From Gammaproteobacteria bacterium (GTDB lineage: Bacteria; Pseudomonadota; Gammaproteobacteria; UBA1113): a stretch of 64,000 nucleotides of DNA. The stretch covers positions 4,165 to 68,164 of the forward strand of contig JAJFKH010000085.1 of assembly GCA_021773305.1 (NCBI GenBank). Reading direction: 5' to 3'. Shown piece after piece: positions 58,753 through 64,000 of the stretch. The notes beneath the pieces were generated by a model. That model ran no database searches and was not told where the DNA came from. It saw only the letters and a list, made by a program, of their open reading frames with translations. Within the stretch, counting starts at the first letter, position 1. Each line of letters starts with the position of its first letter. Both the position numbers and the translations under genes were made by a program.

Positions 58753-59824
58753 GTTACGGATCCTCTGCGCTCAGAGCGTTGTTTTAGCGGAAAAAGTTTT
58801 TTCTCATTTGGGGAATGTGACAATTATTTCTGATGAGGATATTAACCGCGATAGCTTGCAAGATCAAGAATGCCTCATTGTTCGCTCAAAAACCGCTGTG
58901 ACAAAAAAATTAATTGAAGGATCGAAGATTCAGTTTATTGGTACGGCTACGGCAGGACTTGATCATATTGATGAAAAATATATAAATCAGTGTGCTGATG
59001 GGAAAGGGGCGAATGCAGCCAGTGTCGCAGAATATGTTATCAGTGGATTGCTTTATTTGGAATATCATAAAAAAATTTCTCTTCAAGGAAAAACATTAGG
59101 GATCATAGGCTATGGTAATGTTGGTCGATGTTTAGAAAAGTACGCTAAAGCACTGGGAATGAATGTCATTGCAAACGATCCCCCTTTAGAAGATAAGCTA
59201 AAACGACAACATTTATTTCCACTTAAAAAAATATTTGAAGAAACAGATATTTTATCCCTACATATTCCTCTGGTTAAAAATGGAAAATATAAGACAACTG
59301 CCTATGCAGATTATGAGTTTTTTAAACAATTTAAAAAGCCTATTGTTTTTATCAATAGTGCACGAGGAGATATTGTGAATGAAGATCATTTGTTATATGC
59401 CATGGATAAAGGATGGGTACGTGAAAGTATCATTGACGTATGGCGAAACGAACCGCAAATTAATTCGGAGTTAGTGCACAGAGCAACCCTTGCAACACCT
59501 CACATTGCAGGTTATTCCTGGCCTGGACGAATATGTGGTACGTTACAGGTTTATCGACAATGTTGTGAATATTATTTTGTGGAACCTCGTTGGAAACTAG
59601 AAGATTTATATTCGCTCCCAAGTAAAGTTTCATCTTCAAATAATTTGTATGAAGCGCTGAAGTCAATTTATGATATTGAGAAAGACAGTAGAACATTAAA
59701 AACATTCAGTCGGGATAGGATTGTAGTTGGATTTAATCAAATGCGCCAGTCATACCCCAAGAGAGATGAATTTTCTCTAGGAGCAGTGAACAGCAAAATG
59801 AATCAGGATGTTGTTTATGATTAA
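58745..59824 (+). CDS. pdxB: Erythronate-4-phosphate dehydrogenase PdxB
   Basis: Collinear with E. coli PdxB (FIGTATAGLDHID, GIIGYGNVGR, INSARGDIV, TPHIAGYS, plus the PdxB-specific C-terminal dimerisation domain). Confidence 0.85.
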   Translation: MARLRILCAQSVVLAEKVFSHLGNVTIISDEDINRDSLQDQECLIVRSKTAVTKKLIEGSKIQFIGTATAGLDHIDEKYINQCADGKGANAASVAEYVISGLLYLEYHKKISLQGKTLGIIGYGNVGRCLEKYAKALGMNVIANDPPLEDKLKRQHLFPLKKIFEETDILSLHIPLVKNGKYKTTAYADYEFFKQFKKPIVFINSARGDIVNEDHLLYAMDKGWVRESIIDVWRNEPQINSELVHRATLATPHIAGYSWPGRICGTLQVYRQCCEYYFVEPRWKLEDLYSLPSKVSSSNNLYEALKSIYDIEKDSRTLKTFSRDRIVVGFNQMRQSYPKRDEFSLGAVNSKMNQDVVYD

Positions 59825-60989
59825 CCAGGAATTTGATGTTATCATTGTCGGCGGTGGCTTGGTAGGGCGAGTTTCCGCTATCGCTTTTGCTCAACGTGGA
59901 TTGCAGGTTGCTATCATTGAAGCAAACCCGCCGTCACTACAATTGCAAACAGATTACGATACCCGGTCAATTGCTTTATCCTATGGTTCTGTACAGATCT
60001 TAGATAAGCTTGATCTTTGGCAACTAATCGCAAAAAAAGTTACAGAAATCCATCAAGTTCACATATCTGATCAAGGACAATTTGGTTTTACTCGGATCCA
60101 TGGGAAGGACTATCAATTACCTGCACTCGGCTATGTGATAGAGATGCCACATTTGATAAAGATACTTGTGGCGTCACAACAACAGTCTGAAAATATTACA
60201 TTACTGGCCCCGGTCACATTTGAATCCATGGAACGCATTGATGGCAAATGGCAGATAACCATTAAGCATGATGACGTAGAAAAAAAATTAAGTTGTTCAT
60301 TGACGATTGCCGCAGATGGTGTGAAATCATCAATTCGAAACATGTTGGGAATTGATGTTAGCCATCATGACTATCAAAAGAAGGCCATTGTTTCCAATGT
60401 AGGATTATCTCGCTGTCATGATGGTATTGCATATGAAAGATTTACTCGCACAGGGCCTGTTGCATTACTGCCGATTGCGGATGATCGTTATGCGTTAATA
60501 TGGACTGTGGAACAATCAGAAGAACTCTTGAGTTTAAGTGATGATGATTTTTTAAAAAAATTACAAAAACATTTTGGTTATCGCGCGGGGCGTTTTGTTC
60601 GGGTTGGAAAACGCTTGAGTTATCCGCTGACATCTATTCGCTCGAAGCAGCAAACCTCTCCCGGAGTGATTCTTATGGGAAATGCTGCACATAACCTTGC
60701 GCCTTTTGCGGCCCAAGGCTTTAATCTCAGTTTACGAGATGTTGCAACCTTAATGGAACAGTTTGATAAACATTATCATTCAGGTGAGATCAATCCTTGT
60801 TTTTTTGATCATTATGAAAAAGCAAGAAAAACAGATCAACGTGTAACATTTTATTTTACGCATAGCTTAGCAACCGTTTTTAATCCGAGATTTATACCGA
60901 CTCGATTTCTGCGTAATGTGGCTATGGTTTCTTTAGATCGATTGCTTTTTATGAAAAGATTGCTTGCTTGGCAGGCCATGGGGTTGTAA
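59808..60989 (+). CDS. ubiH: FAD-dependent ubiquinone-biosynthesis hydroxylase (UbiH-type)
   Basis: FDVIIVGGGLVG motif, GNAAHNLAPFAAQGFNLSLRD, and position after pepP. Confidence 0.8.
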   Translation: MLFMINQEFDVIIVGGGLVGRVSAIAFAQRGLQVAIIEANPPSLQLQTDYDTRSIALSYGSVQILDKLDLWQLIAKKVTEIHQVHISDQGQFGFTRIHGKDYQLPALGYVIEMPHLIKILVASQQQSENITLLAPVTFESMERIDGKWQITIKHDDVEKKLSCSLTIAADGVKSSIRNMLGIDVSHHDYQKKAIVSNVGLSRCHDGIAYERFTRTGPVALLPIADDRYALIWTVEQSEELLSLSDDDFLKKLQKHFGYRAGRFVRVGKRLSYPLTSIRSKQQTSPGVILMGNAAHNLAPFAAQGFNLSLRDVATLMEQFDKHYHSGEINPCFFDHYEKARKTDQRVTFYFTHSLATVFNPRFIPTRFLRNVAMVSLDRLLFMKRLLAWQAMGL

Positions 60990-60991
60990 AT

Positions 60992-62203
60992 ATGGAAGTC
61001 ATTGATATTGATGTTGCGATTGTGGGTGCAGGGATAGTTGGGTTAACCCTGGTCAATGCGCTGAAAAATTTACCGTTAACAGTGGCTCTGTTGGATAGTC
61101 GAGAACCCGTCTCTTCTTATGATTCATCAACCTATGATAGTCGGGTGAGTGCGATTACCGTAGCCTCTCAGCGTATATTATCTAATTTACAGATATGGCC
61201 TCATATTGTATCTGAACGAGTCAGCGCTTTTGATGAAATGCATGTGTGGGATGCATTGGGCGAAGGAAAAATTCATTTTAATTGCCATGATATTGGCATG
61301 CCAGTCATTGGACATATCATTGAAAATCGAGTCATCAGTCAAGCGCTTTTTAAGCACATTCAATATTGTCATAATGTCCAATGTTTTTTTTCAGAAACAC
61401 TAGTCGATTTAACGCTGGGAGATGATGATAAAATACTTATGACCGAAAGTGGCAAAAAAATAAAAGCCAAATTAATTGTAGGAGCCGATGGTGGAAAATC
61501 TTGGGTGAGAGAGAAACTGGCAATTCCATGCAAAGGATGGGATTATCAGCAGCAAGCTATCGTTGCTATAGTTAAAACAGAATTGCCTCATAAAAAAACT
61601 GCTTGGCAACGATTTTTGCCTACAGGGCCGTTAGCCTTTTTACCTTTGGATGATCCTCACTATTGTTCTATTGTCTGGTCTACAACACCTTATGAATCAC
61701 AGCGCTTGATTTTGTTAAATGATGAAGAATTTAGACGAGAGTTGAGTTCAGAATTTGATTTTCAGTTAGGTTCTATTCTTGAAACATCAAAACGATTTTG
61801 TTTTCCACTGCACATGCGTCATGTTAAAAACTATGTGAAACCAGGTTTTGCTTTGGTGGGAGATGCTGCCCATACCATTCATCCTTTGGCAGGCCAGGGC
61901 GTGAATTTAGGATTGCTAGATGCCGCTTCCCTTGCCCAAGTGATAGAAACGGCTCTCAATAAAGGCCGAGATTTTAGTGCCATGACACAACTACGTCGTT
62001 ATGAGCGGTGGCGTAAAGCAGATGTTGAAATGATGATTATTGCCATGGAAGGGTTTAAACGATTATTTAGCAATGAAGTGAAGCCACTGGCTTTCGCCCG
62101 CAACTGGGGTTTAGAGTGGATGGATAAATGCAAACCTATTAAAAATCATATTATGGCAAGAGCCATGGGACTTTCTGGAGATTTGCCGGTTCTTGCTAAG
62201 TAG
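60992..62203 (+). CDS. ubiI: FAD-dependent ubiquinone-biosynthesis hydroxylase (UbiI/VisC-type by synteny)
   Basis: DVAIVGAGIVG motif and GDAAHTIHPLAGQGVNLGLLD. Follows ubiH. coq7 elsewhere in the window makes a UbiF role unnecessary. Confidence 0.7.
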   Translation: MEVIDIDVAIVGAGIVGLTLVNALKNLPLTVALLDSREPVSSYDSSTYDSRVSAITVASQRILSNLQIWPHIVSERVSAFDEMHVWDALGEGKIHFNCHDIGMPVIGHIIENRVISQALFKHIQYCHNVQCFFSETLVDLTLGDDDKILMTESGKKIKAKLIVGADGGKSWVREKLAIPCKGWDYQQQAIVAIVKTELPHKKTAWQRFLPTGPLAFLPLDDPHYCSIVWSTTPYESQRLILLNDEEFRRELSSEFDFQLGSILETSKRFCFPLHMRHVKNYVKPGFALVGDAAHTIHPLAGQGVNLGLLDAASLAQVIETALNKGRDFSAMTQLRRYERWRKADVEMMIIAMEGFKRLFSNEVKPLAFARNWGLEWMDKCKPIKNHIMARAMGLSGDLPVLAK

Positions 62204-62236
62204 CTATAGCCATCCGCGCCAAGTATAACGATTTTA

Positions 62237-62245
62237 TGCTATAAT
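62237..62245 (+). promoter_or_regulatory. Extended -10 promoter element upstream of ompR
   Basis: TGcTATAAT lies 36 nt upstream of the ompR ATG. The -35 is weak. Confidence 0.4.
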
Positions 62246-62280
62246 CTTTCGCCTAGGAGGGTGGACAGAGAAGAGAAAAT

Positions 62281-63036
62281 ATGGATAAAAAACAAACACT
62301 ATTGGTTGTTGATGATGACCAAGAGATCCGTGAAATACTTGCCGATTTATTAGCAAATAAGTACGGTTATCAGGTTATTTGTGCTTGCCACGGTGAACAG
62401 ATGTTCCAGCAATTGGGGCAAAATGATGTGGATTTAATTATCCTGGATGTGATGATGCCAGGTGATGATGGCTTTGAGTTGTGCCGAAAACTACGTAAAA
62501 CATCTCGTACACCTATTATTATGCTAACGGCAAATGGTGATGAAACGGACAGGGTGGTTGGATTAGAAGTGGGAGCAGATGACTATTTACCCAAGCCTTT
62601 TAGTCCTAGAGAACTTGTTGCAAGGATCCGTGCACTGCTTCGACGTATGGATATGTTGACGGTAGAGGCCGAAGAAGTATCTGCTGCTGCAAGAGATGAT
62701 GATGACGATGCGGTTTCCTTTAGTGGCTGGACATTGGATATGGCCACTCGTCATTTGAGTTCTCCCGAAGGTATCGAAATTAGTTTAAGTTCAGGAGAAT
62801 ATTCTTTGTTGGTTGCCTTTGTGCAACATCCTCGGCGTGTCTTAAGTCGAGATCAATTGTTAGAATTAACAAAGAATCGTAGTGCAGGCCCTTTTGATCG
62901 TAGTATTGATATTCAAGTGAGTCGCTTGCGACAAAAAATTGAAGAGGATCCTAAAAAGCCCGAAAGGATTAAAACTGTGCGTGGTGGCGGTTATATGTTT
63001 ACCTGTGTCATTGATCGAGTGATGGTGGATGGCTAA
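62281..63036 (+). CDS. ompR: OmpR-family two-component response regulator
   Basis: Receiver domain (LVVDDD...DLIILDVMMPG) and winged-helix output domain (..RIKTVRGGGYMF). An acidic insert (ARDDDDDA) sits in the linker. Confidence 0.88.
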   Translation: MDKKQTLLVVDDDQEIREILADLLANKYGYQVICACHGEQMFQQLGQNDVDLIILDVMMPGDDGFELCRKLRKTSRTPIIMLTANGDETDRVVGLEVGADDYLPKPFSPRELVARIRALLRRMDMLTVEAEEVSAAARDDDDDAVSFSGWTLDMATRHLSSPEGIEISLSSGEYSLLVAFVQHPRRVLSRDQLLELTKNRSAGPFDRSIDIQVSRLRQKIEEDPKKPERIKTVRGGGYMFTCVIDRVMVDG

Positions 63037-64000
63037 GCATAAAAATCTTTTTTTACCGGATTGGATAAATAGTAAAATTTTGATTTTAGTTTTTTCTGGT
63101 ATGATTATTACACATTTTATTATTTTTGTTATTTATTCGGAGAGAAATAGCAGTTTTGAATTTAAAATTAACCGGGATATTAAAGCAAGGCAGATTATTA
63201 ACTTTATTCAGACCATTGAAAATACGCCTCAAGAAGATCAAGACAAGTTGGTCAAAGCTTTGGATATTGCTGCTTTTAAAATCACATTAGATGATAAGCC
63301 AAAATGGAAAGAAAAATTTATCCATGCGAGTCTTTGGCAAGTGTTGAAAAAAATCAGCGCCCAGAGTCCTAGTATTGAATTATCCTTCATGCTAGCGCCG
63401 AATCGGTGGTTAAATATTACAGCTGAGGTTATTCAAGATTCTTGGGGATTGCAATCATTATTGCTGAGCTTAGAAATTATTGTGATTGCATCAATATTAT
63501 TCTCTATTTGGACGATTAAACGTTTTACGCAACCTTTAAAAATTATTACTGAGAGAGCAGAATGTCTTGGCGTTAACTTGCATAGTGATCCCCTTCCCAT
63601 CTATGGGCCTCGGGTTGCACAGGTGACGGCAGAGGCGATGAATACGATGCAAAAGCGTATTCGAGATTTGGTTGAAGCCAGAACAAAAATGCTTGCCGCG
63701 ATATCCCATGATTTGCGCACGCCAATTACGCGTTTAAAATTAAGAGCGCAATATATTGATGATGAAGCGCAATATCAGAAAATTATTATGGATTTAGATG
63801 AAATGGAGTCTATGATTGCTGAGACTTTGTCATTTGCACGAGAAGATAACCAAAAAGAAAAACGAGTCAATATTGATTTGGCATCTTTGCTTTCTACATT
63901 ATGCGATGATTTTTCTGACGTGGGCCATCCTGTGGAATATCTCGGTTGTCACACACGCTTACCTATTTTTGGTGGCTCCGTTGCTTTGAAACGGGTTTTT
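63029..64000 (+). CDS. envZ: EnvZ-like sensor histidine kinase, N-terminal part (3' end outside window)
   Basis: Read manually because it is not in the ORF track. ATG 63029 overlaps the ompR stop. It has two TM segments, a HAMP region, and the H-box AAISHDLRTPITRLKLRAQ. The frame is open to the window end. Confidence 0.8.
   Translation, partial: MAKHKNLFLPDWINSKILILVFSGMIITHFIIFVIYSERNSSFEFKINRDIKARQIINFIQTIENTPQEDQDKLVKALDIAAFKITLDDKPKWKEKFIHASLWQVLKKISAQSPSIELSFMLAPNRWLNITAEVIQDSWGLQSLLLSLEIIVIASILFSIWTIKRFTQPLKIITERAECLGVNLHSDPLPIYGPRVAQVTAEAMNTMQKRIRDLVEARTKMLAAISHDLRTPITRLKLRAQYIDDEAQYQKIIMDLDEMESMIAETLSFAREDNQKEKRVNIDLASLLSTLCDDFSDVGHPVEYLGCHTRLPIFGGSVALKRVF

Overview
The window is a 64-kb chromosomal segment of a moderately AT-rich gammaproteobacterium. 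No rRNA, tRNA, CRISPR array or IS element was recognised. The conserved backbone closely follows Pseudomonas-type synteny blocks. These are the end of a flagellar rod/ring/hook-junction operon (flgG-H-I-J-K-L); yggT-yggS/pilT; yqgE-ruvX-pyrB-pyrC'; lptD-surA...pdxA-rsmA with divergent amgK-murU; gshA-gshB-rpe; groES-groEL; zapA-ygfA with divergent ygfB-pepP-(pdxB)-ubiH-ubiI; and ompR-envZ. Central metabolism genes are also present (pckA, ppsA/ppsR, gdh plus an amino-acid permease, speD, coq7). At the breaks between these blocks sit orphan or eukaryote-like genes. They include a 515-aa protein whose N-terminus carries the three conserved motifs of a Dbl-homology (RhoGEF) domain, and a 727-aa ankyrin-like protein. 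Others are a secreted protein with two GLG1/FGFR-like cysteine-rich repeats, an FAD-oxidoreductase with a novel N-terminal extension, a 308-aa orphan embedded behind surA, and a truncated secretin-like protein. This pattern resembles translocated-effector genes of amoeba-associated Legionellales-type bacteria, but that lifestyle and taxon assignment is inference only. Non-coding features include a candidate RsmY/RsmZ-type (CsrA-titrating) sRNA downstream of rsmA/dsbB. groESL has a sigma32 promoter plus a near-perfect CIRCE operator. There is a roughly 400-bp-period duplicated and decayed gene remnant upstream of the DH-domain gene, and an internally deleted AlbA_2/Schlafen-type regulator pseudogene. 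All functional calls rest on motif and synteny recognition by eye; no database search was run.
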